Shown here piece after piece: positions 31,141-41,469 of a DNA stretch of 64,000 nt (position 1 is the stretch's first letter; every line of letters begins with the position of its first letter). The stretch is from Syntrophales bacterium (GTDB taxonomy: Bacteria > Desulfobacterota > Syntrophia > Syntrophales > UBA2210). Location of the stretch: the NCBI GenBank assembly GCA_963662405.2, contig CAXXKT010000001.1, positions 2,624,001 to 2,688,000 on the forward strand, written 5' to 3'. A program made the translations under genes and the position numbers. The notes under the pieces are model-generated. The model worked only from the letters and a program-made list of their open reading frames with translations. It searched no databases and was not told where the DNA came from.

Positions 31141-32466
31141 TCAGTACAAACCATCGGTCATACGGCCTTCTTCCCGGCCTCTTGCCAGCTTCGCCTTCTC
31201 ACCGGTGAGCCGTTCCCACCGCTTCACGATCACGTCGCAGTAGACGGGGGTCTTCTCCATCGTGTTGCAGGCACGTCCCATCTGCTCGCACGCCATCAGG
31301 GTCGTTCCGGATCCGCCGAACCCGTCCAGGACGAGTATGTCAGGGCTGTTCGGCGTGCTGTTCCGGATCATCCTGCCGACCAGGGGGATGGGTTTCTGCG
31401 TGGGATGGAGGGGGTTCCGGGATTGGCGGTCCTCTCGCAGAACGGTGGCGGCCTCACATCGCCGCATCTCCTTCACCAGTTCCACGAGCTCCGCGCGTTT
31501 CATCCGGGAGATGTCCGCCTCCTCGTCGATCACGGTCGTCAATGAGTAGTCCATGCAGAAGTAGTGGGCCCGTCCCGGTTTCCATCCGTACAGGATGGGC
31601 TCGTGTTTCCAGTTGTAGTCCTGCCGACCGAGAACGGCTCCGTTCTTGACCCAGATCAGGCACTGCTTGAGGAGGAAGCCCGCCTCGATGACGGCGCTCC
31701 GGAAGGTCAGTCCCCCGATGTCGGAATGGGAGACGTAAAAGCAGCTGCCCTCCCGGGTGTGGGTGTAGATGTTGCGGAAAGCGGCTGTGATCATCTCCCG
31801 GAACCGTTCAGGGGGAAGGTTGTCGTTCTCAATGCCCTCGCCGCGGTCGTTGTGATAGTCGACGTTGTAGGGGGGATCCGTCCAGACCAGATCGGCGAGA
31901 CGTCCTTCCATCAGAATGGCCATCGCGCCGGCGTCGCTGCTGTCGCCGCAGAAGAGGCGGTGCCTCCCCAGGAGGTAGAGGTCCCCCGGACGGGTGATGG
32001 GTTCGGTGATTTTTGCGACCTCGGTCTCGGCATCGAAGCCGTCTTCCCGCGGTTCGGTCTCTTCCGCCCTCGGCATGATCTCCGCGATCTCTTCCGCGTC
32101 GAACCCGGTGAGGCTGACGTCGATCTCCACGGCCTCGAGTTCGACAAGCAGATCGCGGAGCCGGTCGAGGTCCCATTCGCCGCTGATCTTGTTGAGGGCG
32201 ATATTGAGCGCCTTCTCCTTCTCTTCGGGAAGATCGACAATGGAGACTTCGGCCTCTGTCCAGCCGAGGTCCCGCATGACGGTCAGGCGCTGATGACCGC
32301 CGACGAGGCGCCCGGTCCGCACGTTCCAGATCAGGGGATCCACACAGCCGAACTCTTCCAGGGAACGGCGGAGCTTCTCGTATTCCCGGTCACCGCTGCT
32401 CAATGCCTTACGCGGGTTGTAGTCCGCCGCTGTCAGATCGCTCAGTTTCATGGTACTGAATCTCAT
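31141..32466 (-). CDS. ParB-N domain fused DNA (N6-adenine) methyltransferase
   Basis: YNPR, GGHQR, TDPPY, HPTQKP, DGFGGSGTT. Confidence 0.9.
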   Translation of the reverse strand: MRFSTMKLSDLTAADYNPRKALSSGDREYEKLRRSLEEFGCVDPLIWNVRTGRLVGGHQRLTVMRDLGWTEAEVSIVDLPEEKEKALNIALNKISGEWDLDRLRDLLVELEAVEIDVSLTGFDAEEIAEIMPRAEETEPREDGFDAETEVAKITEPITRPGDLYLLGRHRLFCGDSSDAGAMAILMEGRLADLVWTDPPYNVDYHNDRGEGIENDNLPPERFREMITAAFRNIYTHTREGSCFYVSHSDIGGLTFRSAVIEAGFLLKQCLIWVKNGAVLGRQDYNWKHEPILYGWKPGRAHYFCMDYSLTTVIDEEADISRMKRAELVELVKEMRRCEAATVLREDRQSRNPLHPTQKPIPLVGRMIRNSTPNSPDILVLDGFGGSGTTLMACEQMGRACNTMEKTPVYCDVIVKRWERLTGEKAKLARGREEGRMTDGLY

Positions 32467-32475
32467 GGTGTCTCC

Positions 32476-32913
32476 CTATTCCCCATCTTTCGGTATCGCC
32501 CTCATCTTTCCCAGGGCGCGGAACTTGATATCCCACAGTCTCACCGTCTCGGGACTGATCCTCAAAATACCGGCAATCTCCCGGGAGGAAATCCCGAAAT
32601 GCAAAAAGACGGCAAGGAGGAGGACTTCGCTGTAGGTCATGTGACACCCGGCCAGGAAGGACCCCGTGAGGGCCGTGAAAAACTTCCCGCACCACCGGCA
32701 GCAGACCCTCCTCCCTTCCCAGAATCTCTGCAACGCCTTTCCCTCCATCTCGCCCCGGCACTCCGGGCAGCGGACGGGTCCTCTCCCGTGGATCGTCCCG
32801 AGGATCCATGCCCTGCAGGCGTTCTCATCCAAAAACCCCGCACGGAAGGATGCCGCCGCGTCATGAGGTACAAACACGTTGCGTCCGGTATTGTCTTCTT
32901 TTCTTGCCTTCAT
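32476..32913 (-). CDS. Zn-ribbon + HTH protein resembling IS1595 transposase N-terminus, no DDE domain
   Basis: DE.AC, CPEC, CRWCGK.F...TGS, ISSREIA..L. Confidence 0.6.
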   Translation of the reverse strand: MKARKEDNTGRNVFVPHDAAASFRAGFLDENACRAWILGTIHGRGPVRCPECRGEMEGKALQRFWEGRRVCCRWCGKFFTALTGSFLAGCHMTYSEVLLLAVFLHFGISSREIAGILRISPETVRLWDIKFRALGKMRAIPKDGE

Positions 32914-32966
32914 TTTGATGAGTTCCGTTTTTCCATGCAGTTTTTATTCAACAAGTAGTGAAGAGC

Positions 32967-33013
32967 CGGGGTGCTCCGTCTCCGTACCCGAAAAATCCCT
33001 CAGGAAGGACCCG
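32967..33013 (-). other. Lambda-like cos site (cosQ-cosN) of element 1
   Basis: GGGTCCT-N19-TACGG on minus strand, same spacing as lambda, upstream of terminase operon. Confidence 0.7.
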
Positions 33014-33362
33014 CTCGAGGGTCTCCTGTTCTGATGAAGGGAAGGAGATCGCCACGGGAGATGAGTTCGTTCAGATCGTCACGGGCTTCCTCCAGGAGAT
33101 CGCAGAGATTCTGGGCGGCGGTCCATCGCGCGGTGCCGGCGTCGTCCCCGGTCATGGCCGGTTCGAAGTGGAGGCGGAAGCCGTTCTCCTCCCGGTAGAT
33201 GGAAAATCCTCCGTCCCGGTTCATCTGCAGGTACTCCGCCAGTCTCATCACCGCCGGCCGGTGCATCCAGGGTGAGGGATATGCGTTTGTCCGAGATCCT
33301 CTTGTTTGTGATCCTTCTTTTTCCTTCTGTGACTGGTACTTTTTGAAGTCGATTATCGGCAT
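33000..33362 (-). CDS. Phage hypothetical protein
   Basis: GGAGG RBS before ATG at 33362. Confidence 0.6.
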   Translation of the reverse strand: MPIIDFKKYQSQKEKEGSQTRGSRTNAYPSPWMHRPAVMRLAEYLQMNRDGGFSIYREENGFRLHFEPAMTGDDAGTARWTAAQNLCDLLEEARDDLNELISRGDLLPFIRTGDPRAGPS

Positions 33363-33433
33363 GATTTCCTCCATAAACCGGCAAATCCGGGCTGCAGTCG
33401 TTAAAACGCTTTGATATCGCTTGAGTATTCGGG

Positions 33434-33738
33434 TGGTCCAGGCTGGAAACGGCGAAACGGATTGATATTGTTTGATTATTCGGAAGTGGTCCAAAAGTGG
33501 TCCAAAAATGGTCCAACTTAACTTTTTGATTTTATTGACTGGTCCAAGTGGTCCAAGTACTTTTCTATAAAATAGATTTATAAAATTGTAAGAAGTGTTC
33601 TCAACGCGCGCGCGCGCGTGCGCGCGCATGTGCAATATTTCAAAAAAGCTTGGACCACTTGGACCACTTGGACCGGGCCGCGAAATCATTACGGTTTTTT
33701 CGGGGGTCAGGTTGGACCAGCTTGGACCACCTGGACCA
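33434..33738. repeat. Probable replication origin: 6 TGGTCCA + 6 inverted TGGACC iterons
   Basis: Inverted iteron clusters around AT-rich core and CG tract, downstream of primase-helicase. Confidence 0.75.
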
Positions 33739-33904
33739 CCCTGAACCATTTTCGCGGATGTTTTGATGCATGGCCGCCTCGCAGAACGGGGGGATAAGGG
33801 GAACAATGGTGATTTGGTACCACACCGGAGTGAGAGATTCAAATGCTTTCTCATGCTCTTGCTCATGCTTATGTTCATACTCATTCTCATGCTCTTGCCC
33901 GTGC

Positions 33905-36331
33905 TCATGTCTTCACCTTCAGTCCCACGCCGCGGATCATGCGCTTCCGTTCAGCTGATTTTCGGGGACGGTAGATCCGGATGTTGTTCACGGCGTTCTC
34001 GAGCTCGCGGAAGAAGTTGTTGTTCGAGGTCGGCATGTACCCGTTCATCCCGCAGTACTGCCGGTACCGGCTGTAGATCTCGTCCTTGGCCACTTCCTGT
34101 TCATTGCCGGTGACGCACTCGTCCTCGACGAAGGAGAGGATCGGACTGTTCGATCTGCGGTATGACATGATGAGGGCACGGGTCTCCTCGCAGTCGGTGA
34201 ACCGGCCCTTCTCCATCAGTCTCCTGAGCCCGCAGAGCGCCCAGTAGAAGATCTCCGACAGCTCTTCTTTGAGCTTGTCGAAGAGGTAGGGATCCCGTTC
34301 GGGATCCCCCTCGAGGAACTGCCGCTTGAATCTGACCGGCAGGAATCGTTCGTACAGCGCATCGGAGGTATCCTTGATGCGGGGCAGGATGTTCCCGGCG
34401 AATATCAGCTTGCAGTACGGGGCGAACTCGAAGTTGTCCCGGTGCTTGAAGGCGGCCTGGATGGGATCGCCGCTGGTGATCGCCTTGAAGTAGCTGCTCT
34501 CGATCGCCTGGCTCCCGATCTCCGTGGAGATGTTCAGGAGCTTGTTGTAGAGCGACGACCGGGGGAACTCACGCTCCAGGTCCGGGAAGGAGACGGCGGA
34601 GCAGTTCCTCCCGCCCACCATCTCCCTGAGGAGCTTCATGAGCGTCGACTTCCCGTCCCGCCCTGGGCCGTACAGGAAGAGGCACTTCTCGTAGCGTGCA
34701 TGGCGCGTCAGGATGTAGCCGGCGAACTCCTGGACCTGGTCGATAACCGCCGGCGTCCTGACGGTTGCGTCGAGATACGACAGAAACCGGTCGCACCGTT
34801 TCGGGGATGCCGGATCCAGGGACACGGGGAAGATGGTGGTGAAGTAGTAGTCCGGATCGTGTTCCTTCATGTCGAAGGTGGTGATGTTCAGCATGCCGTT
34901 CTGCAGGCAGATCCAGTCCATCCGGTCGTTGACCTTCCGGCCGTGGGGCAGCGTGCAGAGCTTCCGCACCTGGTAGACGGCGTCCTCGACCCGGGCCTTC
35001 TGTGATTCGGTGGCCAGGTGCCGTATGGCGGCGTTCTTCAGGTGGTCCTCGTCGAACTCCTCCCAGTACTTCCCGTTCCAGAGATAGATCAGCCCCGATG
35101 CCGGGTCGGACATGAGCCGGTACTCCGCAAGGAGCCGCTCCGCCAGGAGACGGGCCTTGAAGGAATAGCGGTGGTTGACGCCGTGTTCGAAGAACTCTTT
35201 CACAGACTCAAGATCGCCCGGGGGAGGATGCTCACTGTCAGATGTGGTCGACGTCGTTCCCAACGTCTCGAACCGCGGTTTCTCCGCCGATTCGACCAAT
35301 ATCCTGAAGTCGTCTGTTGTCTTCTGATGCCGGACGAAGAAGTCCGTCAGGTCCTGGCCGTGATCGGCCGGAAAGCCACCCTGTTCGTCTTTTCCCATGA
35401 AGCCGGGCCATTGTATGGCCCGTACCGACCTGGCCGTGCCGGCGAGCGCCTGGGCGGCGTACCGGGCGTACTTCTGTCCCGGGCGGTCGGCGTCGTAGGC
35501 GATGACCACGTCCCGATCCCTGAAGGCGTCCAGCTGGTCGTCGGGGAACGTCTTGAGCTTTGTTGTCTGGGTAATGGCGTTGAAACCGTGCGACAGGGCG
35601 CAGATCGTGTCGCTTTCCCCCTCGCACAGAATGACCGTGTCATCGGGGTGCAGGGGGCGTGCCGGGAAGAGGCGCGACCGGCCGGTGGACCGGGCGAAGG
35701 AGATGATCTTGTAGCGCTTCGCCCCCGGACGGTAGAGCCTGATGTTGACCAGGGCGCCCTCGCGGTCCCTTACGGGGACGGCCAGCCGGTCCGGTGCCTT
35801 GATGGCCACCAGTGCGCCCTTCTTCGACAGGTAGTGCGTCTGGAGGCGGAGGTCGAGGATCTCCATCCACTTCCTTGACCATCCCCGTTCCTTCTCCATG
35901 CGGACCAGGAGATTCTCCGGAAGGGCAGTGAAGAGCTCCAGGGCGCGCTCCATCTGTTCATTGACTACTGCAGGATCGAGGGGAGGTGTCTCTTTCTCCG
36001 ATCGTTCCGATTCGATGTTCTTTCCTTTCCCTGCTCCTCCGGAGGAATCGATCGGGATGTCGTGGGCCTTGCAGAACGCCCTGAATCCTTCCTTCTGGCC
36101 GTAACCCTTCACCTCGGACCACAGCCTGATCAGGTCGCCGTCGGCGTTGCAGGAGAGGCACTTATAGACGTCTTTCTTGAAGTTGTAGGAGAATGACGGG
36201 TTCTTCTCGCCGTGGAGGGGACAGAGGCCGTGCAGTTCGCCCTTGGCCTCGTCGACGCTCGTGACGGTGAACAGCGTCCTTGCAATCTCCGCCCGGCGGG
36301 CTTCTCCCAGGTATTTTGCGGCAAGACCCAC
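33905..36331 (-). CDS. P4-family primase-helicase (CHC2 zinc finger, TOPRIM, D5/SF3 helicase)
   Basis: CPLH..C..C, CEGESD, YDAD, GPGRDGKS. Confidence 0.92.
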   Translation of the reverse strand: MGLAAKYLGEARRAEIARTLFTVTSVDEAKGELHGLCPLHGEKNPSFSYNFKKDVYKCLSCNADGDLIRLWSEVKGYGQKEGFRAFCKAHDIPIDSSGGAGKGKNIESERSEKETPPLDPAVVNEQMERALELFTALPENLLVRMEKERGWSRKWMEILDLRLQTHYLSKKGALVAIKAPDRLAVPVRDREGALVNIRLYRPGAKRYKIISFARSTGRSRLFPARPLHPDDTVILCEGESDTICALSHGFNAITQTTKLKTFPDDQLDAFRDRDVVIAYDADRPGQKYARYAAQALAGTARSVRAIQWPGFMGKDEQGGFPADHGQDLTDFFVRHQKTTDDFRILVESAEKPRFETLGTTSTTSDSEHPPPGDLESVKEFFEHGVNHRYSFKARLLAERLLAEYRLMSDPASGLIYLWNGKYWEEFDEDHLKNAAIRHLATESQKARVEDAVYQVRKLCTLPHGRKVNDRMDWICLQNGMLNITTFDMKEHDPDYYFTTIFPVSLDPASPKRCDRFLSYLDATVRTPAVIDQVQEFAGYILTRHARYEKCLFLYGPGRDGKSTLMKLLREMVGGRNCSAVSFPDLEREFPRSSLYNKLLNISTEIGSQAIESSYFKAITSGDPIQAAFKHRDNFEFAPYCKLIFAGNILPRIKDTSDALYERFLPVRFKRQFLEGDPERDPYLFDKLKEELSEIFYWALCGLRRLMEKGRFTDCEETRALIMSYRRSNSPILSFVEDECVTGNEQEVAKDEIYSRYRQYCGMNGYMPTSNNNFFRELENAVNNIRIYRPRKSAERKRMIRGVGLKVKT

Positions 36332-36560
36332 TATAAAACCCCTTTTTCTCCTCCTGGAACAGCCCGAGTTCCCGCAGTCTTACCTTTTCCCTCAGAATCG
36401 GGGAAAATCGAAAATTGACGCTGAAACCGCCCCCCAACAACCACTTTCAAGGGTTTCCTCGCAAGGGACGCCCCTTTACTTGTCCCACAAGGGAGGGATT
36501 CTTTCCCATACGATATGAATGGACCGGACAGGTTTCGATGAGACTCTTCAGCAGCGCGAA

Positions 36561-37786
36561 TCATAAAGACAATACCTCCTGCGCAAGGCGCTTTGTACCC
36601 ATGTCGATGTACTCATCTTTCAATTCGATCATGACGGCTTTTCTCCCCAACTCCTTTGCCACATACGCCGTTGTCATCGATCCGCCGAACGGGTCAAGGA
36701 TCACATCACCAGGCATGCTACCGGCTAGGATACATGGTTTGACAAGATCCGGAGGAAATGTTGCGAAGTGGGCTTCCTTATATGGCTGCGGGTTGATGAT
36801 AAAGGCCAATGGATCACCGTCATCGTCCGTCAAAAGACCCTGCCATGATTCGAAGAACCAATCAGTGTTGCGTCTAGCCCGGAGAGTAACAACATCCTTT
36901 ACCGCCGCCGAGAATGACGTGTTCTGTTTGTTCCTCCAGCCCGGTCCACGACCGAATTTAGATGACGTTCCGAGCTCCTGTTCTTTCCGGCCCGTATCTT
37001 TTGTCACATTGTGATCTATTGCCCTGTGAGATCCCGGGCCATTCATCCAACCGGAGACGGGCTTTTGAGCCTTCGGGTTGACGCCGGGCGGTACCATATG
37101 CTCGAAGGATCGAGCGATTGTCTGTCCACCGGGACCGCCATCAGCATACTTGTGGTGATCTGATCTTCCTCGCCGCCCATACCGTGCGTGTGAATATGGT
37201 GATGCCATGATCTTTACCGATTCATGGTCGTAGAAGTATCGAGAGGACTTCGACAGGAGAAATATATATTCTATAAATTGAGCTGGTCTATCTTTACAGG
37301 ATTCAGGCATCCCGTTTCTCTTCAGCCAGGGGCAGCACGAGCGTAACCACCAACCGTCTGCCTGGAGGGCCATCGCGACGCGGAAAGGTATCATGCATAG
37401 GTCTTTGGGCTTGAGTCCCAAAACACGATAATCTGATCGCGGGATGAGGGCATTATCTCTGCGACGTGATTGTGTGGTTGATCGCGCTCCTCCTCGTGCA
37501 TCGTTCCTGTTGCCGGCATACAAATCCCCCATATTCAGCCACAACGTGCCGTCTTTGTTCAAAACCCGGCGGACTTCACGGAAGATAGTCACTATCTTCT
37601 CAACATACTCTTGGGGTGTCTTTTCGAGGCCGATCTGACCCGCGACACCATAATCACGCAGTCCCCAGTACGGAGGCGAGGTTACGCAACACTGTACATA
37701 TTCGTCCGGGAGGCTCCGGAGGACTTTGAGCGCGTCACCGTGATAGATCGTTATCCCTGCGTGGTCATAATAAGGCGTCATTCCCT
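36561..37786 (-). CDS. Site-specific DNA methyltransferase (N4/N6)
   Basis: TSPPYW, HFATFP, DPFGGS. Confidence 0.9.
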
Positions 37787-37788
37787 CT

Positions 37789-38082
37789 TCAACCTCCCTC
37801 ACACATCGACAAGGGGAGCAATTCAACCGACATGATCACCCATCCAACTCTCAGCCCGTACGCCGGGCCGGGCAGGATAAAGATGATCCGCACAAGCATC
37901 TTCCGCCCGGTATATTCCAGTGGCTTTCCTTCTTTCATTTCCGCGCCGGTATACTTTGTCTCCCGCAGGAGGATCAAATCGCCCGCCTGATAATCCCGAT
38001 CGTTGTACCGGATCTCCCACTCCCTCAATCCCCGGTATGATGCCTCAAACATCTCCGGGTCCGTCTTTAATTCGTGCTTCAC
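37789..38082 (-). CDS. DUF3850/ASCH-like protein
   Basis: HELK..P, EIRYNDRDYQAGD, YTGR. Confidence 0.75.
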   Translation of the reverse strand: MKHELKTDPEMFEASYRGLREWEIRYNDRDYQAGDLILLRETKYTGAEMKEGKPLEYTGRKMLVRIIFILPGPAYGLRVGWVIMSVELLPLSMCEGG

Positions 38083-38515
38083 TGTTTTGCTCCTTCATTC
38101 CTCCCGAATCATTACGATCGAGATTCTGCAGGCCAAATATGAGCAGTGGAATATCTCTCCGGTGTATCGCTCCATGGGTTTGGGTATGCAGAAAGTTGAT
38201 GTTAATGATGTCACTGCCGTCCTGTTGCAGTATCGCGAGGCGTATCTTCTCATGCATGTCCGTCCGGGACTCCTTGTCGGGGAAACGTACTATGTGACCG
38301 TTCGCGGGATCGGGGGGTGAAACATCCATGCCGGCAACAATGCGGTCGAACTCCTCGCGCAAGCGTTGTTCCATTTCCCTTCGGTGGTCCGGAGGGCCGA
38401 TGCGAACCAGTATCAATTCATCCGGAGGCTCTTTCATGGGTACCTGTGTTCCTTTCCCGCAAGCGGCATTGTCCCGGCCGTCTGATCCCGCATCTTTTTC
38501 CCGTCTCATCACCAC
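38045..38515 (-). CDS. Phage hypothetical protein (start uncertain)
   Basis: Fills co-oriented early operon. Confidence 0.45.
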   Translation of the reverse strand: MVMRREKDAGSDGRDNAACGKGTQVPMKEPPDELILVRIGPPDHRREMEQRLREEFDRIVAGMDVSPPDPANGHIVRFPDKESRTDMHEKIRLAILQQDGSDIININFLHTQTHGAIHRRDIPLLIFGLQNLDRNDSGGMKEQNSEARIKDGPGDV

Positions 38516-38517
38516 TC

Positions 38518-38901
38518 CTACCTCCCCAAAAACATAACTTCGCGGGTTTGATTTCCGAAGGACCTGGCCTCTTCAACGGTACCCATAAAGACATCAACTC
38601 TCTCCTGGAACCTTTTGTTCATCAAATCATTGACCCTCCGGACACCAACACCGTCGATATAAACCCGTCCGCCAAGCCAGTGCATCAGATCCCGGGACAC
38701 GGCGCAGGTCCACCCGGCCACCGGGTCCTCCATGGTGGCGGTGTGTCCCGGATCGCTGTTCGTCTCGCATTGCCGGTTTGTGTATGCCGTGACCGTGGCG
38801 GTGATCTCCTCGGTGGCGGAACCCCCCTTCACCTGGTGTATGACGTACACCTGGGAGGCTGCCAGGATCGCAATGAACAGGATGTTCCAGAAGAGTTTCA
38901 T
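38518..38901 (-). CDS. 3D-domain (lytic transglycosylase-like) protein with N-terminal anchor
   Basis: TVTAY, TA, AVS, V.D, VDVF, A..FG. Confidence 0.8.
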   Translation of the reverse strand: MKLFWNILFIAILAASQVYVIHQVKGGSATEEITATVTAYTNRQCETNSDPGHTATMEDPVAGWTCAVSRDLMHWLGGRVYIDGVGVRRVNDLMNKRFQERVDVFMGTVEEARSFGNQTREVMFLGR

Positions 38902-38952
38902 AGATCGTCAACCTGCCGTGCAATAAGTCTTCGTTGTCCGTGCTAGCGGCTG

Positions 38953-39162
38953 TCATGGCGCATAAGCAATATTCCATGTCGGATGATACAATCGTGACGC
39001 CTTTTCCCCGTCAATCCGTATGCGAAGATAGGGGCCGCGTGTTCCGGTGATAACGCCGTGCCTGCCTTCACAGTTCACTCTCCCGCCACGTTTGGCGGGG
39101 ACGCCATAGGCTTTCCTGATATAATCCATGCTCACCGTGTCCCCTCCGATATAGCCGCACAC
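38953..39162 (-). CDS. Phage hypothetical protein
   Basis: YI...YGVPAKRG, HPTW motif. Confidence 0.55.
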   Translation of the reverse strand: MCGYIGGDTVSMDYIRKAYGVPAKRGGRVNCEGRHGVITGTRGPYLRIRIDGEKASRLYHPTWNIAYAP

Positions 39163-39569
39163 CCTTTCCCCGTCTTGAAAATGATGTCCTGCAACCCTGA
39201 CTCGAGGATGGTGATCGCCTCGCTTTCGATCATACGGCAGTTTATGCCTGCCGCCGTTTCCAAGGCCTTATAGATCTCAATATCCGGGCCCTGGAAAACG
39301 ATGGTGATCTTTTTCCCGTCTCGGGCTTCTCTTATGGCTTCCTGGGCCTCGCTTGCCGCCCGTTCGGCTCTCTTGCTTTGAATTTCATCACATCGATCTT
39401 CGATGTCCTTACGCTCCTTGGCCAGGATCCGCTCTCGGACTTTCGCCAACGCCTTTTGTCGTTCCTCGTCTTCGAGGCCCCTTGCAGCCTGGTAGCACGT
39501 GCCGCACAGTCCCTTGGCCATGATCTTGATGTCTTTCCGCCCGCAATTCTCACACGTCCCTGTCTTCAT
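39132..39569 (-). CDS. Phage hypothetical protein with N-terminal Zn finger
   Basis: CENC..GLCGTCY. Confidence 0.6.
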   Translation of the reverse strand: MKTGTCENCGRKDIKIMAKGLCGTCYQAARGLEDEERQKALAKVRERILAKERKDIEDRCDEIQSKRAERAASEAQEAIREARDGKKITIVFQGPDIEIYKALETAAGINCRMIESEAITILESGLQDIIFKTGKGCAAISEGTR

Positions 39570-39593
39570 GGCGTCCTTCCCCCTTTTTCTCCT

Positions 39594-39815
39594 TCACCCT
39601 CCACGGCAAATCGCGGTCCGGCCATGCTGTTTGGCCTCGATCCCAGATGCTTCCGACATGCCGCTTACCGCCGCGGCCAAATGGCTCTCCGATCTCCGCA
39701 AGTGGTCAAGGACCTGCTCATCGGGGTCGTGTCCGTCCCTCTCTCTATCGTTGATTCTCAACACCGCACGGCTGAGTTCCATCTGTGCACATCCCAGCTC
39801 TTCTCTCCAATGCAT
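39594..39815 (-). CDS. Phage hypothetical protein
   Basis: Co-oriented small ORF. Confidence 0.45.
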   Translation of the reverse strand: MHWREELGCAQMELSRAVLRINDRERDGHDPDEQVLDHLRRSESHLAAAVSGMSEASGIEAKQHGRTAICRGG

Positions 39816-39839
39816 TGCCTGGTCCCCTTGCTGTGTTAA

Positions 39840-40124
39840 TTATTTCTTCACCTCTGCATTCTCCCTTTCCAACAGTGGAAGATCCCGAGGGGAAAATGAT
39901 GTTTTGTGCAATCTCCCTAATGCATCAACGTAGTCACACATCAATACAGGCTCTTGCACAAATCCGACTTCAACACTGCCGATGATGGTAGAGTGCCCGG
40001 TAACCATCATAGTGATGCCAAGGTACGTGAAGGATTCTCCCCGCTTCCTGAATGCTTCGAGCCTCTTGATTGCCTCTTCTTGCCAATTCGGTTTTTGTTC
40101 AGCTTTCTTCCTTTTCAACCACAT
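39840..40124 (-). CDS. Phage hypothetical protein
   Basis: Co-oriented small ORF with GAGGAG RBS. Confidence 0.55.
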   Translation of the reverse strand: MWLKRKKAEQKPNWQEEAIKRLEAFRKRGESFTYLGITMMVTGHSTIIGSVEVGFVQEPVLMCDYVDALGRLHKTSFSPRDLPLLERENAEVKK

Positions 40125-40367
40125 ACTGTTACTATTCTCCTCGCCGTGTCGTGATCCTCTGTATGTTCTGTGTCCCCAACCATTCTTCTCGCAGATGGTC
40201 CCGCTCTCCCTAGAGGATATAAAGCAGCACCAGGAACGCCCCCATCAGCATCACCAAACTGGCGACGCATCCGAGCATGCGCCGCCAGTTGTTTCGTGGA
40301 TCCGGCATTTCCAGCTTCACAAAATAGCCTGATACCTTCGCAATGACTTCCATGGTGTCTCCCTTTC

Positions 40368-40565
40368 TCATGTGTAGAGCTCACGCCGGGGAATCCCGTT
40401 GTCCGCGTCAAACTTCCCCTGATCCCAGGCCAGCGACATTTCCGGGGAGGAAAACAGGGTGAAATGACAATTCCCCTGGTTCGGGCCCTGCTTTCCGCAA
40501 TCGTATCCCGCGTTGTATGCTTCCTCCAGGGTCCGGCGTTTCAGTATGATTTCTGAGAGTGGCAT
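40368..40565 (-). CDS. Small protein with Rmf-like motif
   Basis: AYNAGY..G...C...W..G pattern. Confidence 0.5.
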   Translation of the reverse strand: MPLSEIILKRRTLEEAYNAGYDCGKQGPNQGNCHFTLFSSPEMSLAWDQGKFDADNGIPRRELYT

Positions 40566-40786
40566 TATCGTCCTCTTCCTTCCGGGATGGTCCCGCCGTT
40601 TCGGAAAAAATCCTCAAGCGGCTTGGCATTCCCACGGAGCGCATCCCGTAAACATCGGTCATAGGTCCGGGCGTTATCGTCCGGCGTTCCGAGAAGCTGA
40701 ACCCGTCCCTGCTTGACCGCGTCGATTATCGGCTTCCAGGTTTTGATCATGTTCTCAAGATGTGCTATCCGCTGTTCCAGGGTCAT
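40565..40786 (-). CDS. Phage hypothetical protein
   Basis: Stop overlaps next start. Confidence 0.55.
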   Translation of the reverse strand: MTLEQRIAHLENMIKTWKPIIDAVKQGRVQLLGTPDDNARTYDRCLRDALRGNAKPLEDFFRNGGTIPEGRGR

Positions 40787-40835
40787 AATTTTTTACGGGA
40801 AAAACAATTTTTATAATTAATGAAAATCGTTAAAA

Positions 40836-41147
40836 TTATTTTATGACCTTTCCGTCACCATTGCCGTTCCGTTTTGCCCTCTCGCGATTCCATAGGTCCG
40901 TAATAAATGAAAGAGTGTCTTCGTATCCTGCCAAATCTTTTCTTGAGATGATTCCCACCTCGGCAACGTCAAGGATTTTTTGAAGCACAGTAATATTGAT
41001 TGTTCCCTGCCCGCTCCTGAAACGAGAAAGGGTGGAGCTGTCTACTTCGACCATATCTGCCAATGTTCCTTGTCCGTGCTCATTGACTAATTTCTCAATC
41101 AATTCGACAAACTGCATCCTATTCCCCCTCCTCTCAATTGATTTCAA
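40836..41147 (-). CDS. HTH regulator (CII-like position; start may be 41117)
   Basis: LADMVEVDSSTLSRF HTH. Confidence 0.65.
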   Translation of the reverse strand: MKSIERRGNRMQFVELIEKLVNEHGQGTLADMVEVDSSTLSRFRSGQGTINITVLQKILDVAEVGIISRKDLAGYEDTLSFITDLWNRERAKRNGNGDGKVIK

Positions 41148-41416
41148 ATCGTCTCAAAATTATTTGTTTTCATTTGAACAGACGTTTTTGTATTTCTGTA
41201 CTCAAAAAGAGAGCCCACAGGTTGGCCGGTCCGCTTGGCTATAAGATCCTCGACCTTGGATGATCGTTTCCGGCCTGCTATTACATCACAGACGTATTGA
41301 TCTTTGATTCGCAGCTCTTGGGCAATTTCGGCTTGGAGTACATCAGCCGTGAGAAGTGCACCTTTTACCCGTTTTCGTTGACCGTTTTTGTTTTTGAGTG
41401 TAGTATTACCCACCAT
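41144..41416 (-). CDS. Cro-like HTH regulator
   Basis: QAEIAQEL..V..VI.G; divergent from repressor. Confidence 0.7.
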   Translation of the reverse strand: MVGNTTLKNKNGQRKRVKGALLTADVLQAEIAQELRIKDQYVCDVIAGRKRSSKVEDLIAKRTGQPVGSLFEYRNTKTSVQMKTNNFETI

Positions 41417-41469
41417 TAGGAACCCCCTTCCTTGTGTGGTATGGGTAAAACTAAACTATAGGTTTAGGT

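Noticed and set aside
29105..32958. Long plus-strand ORFs (308, 373, 464 aa)
   Set aside because: Antisense shadows of GC-rich terL, terS and methylase genes with no motifs
33363..33908. N-terminal part of the 302-aa ORF
   Set aside because: Runs through iterons and simple repeats; a strong RBS supports a start at 33362
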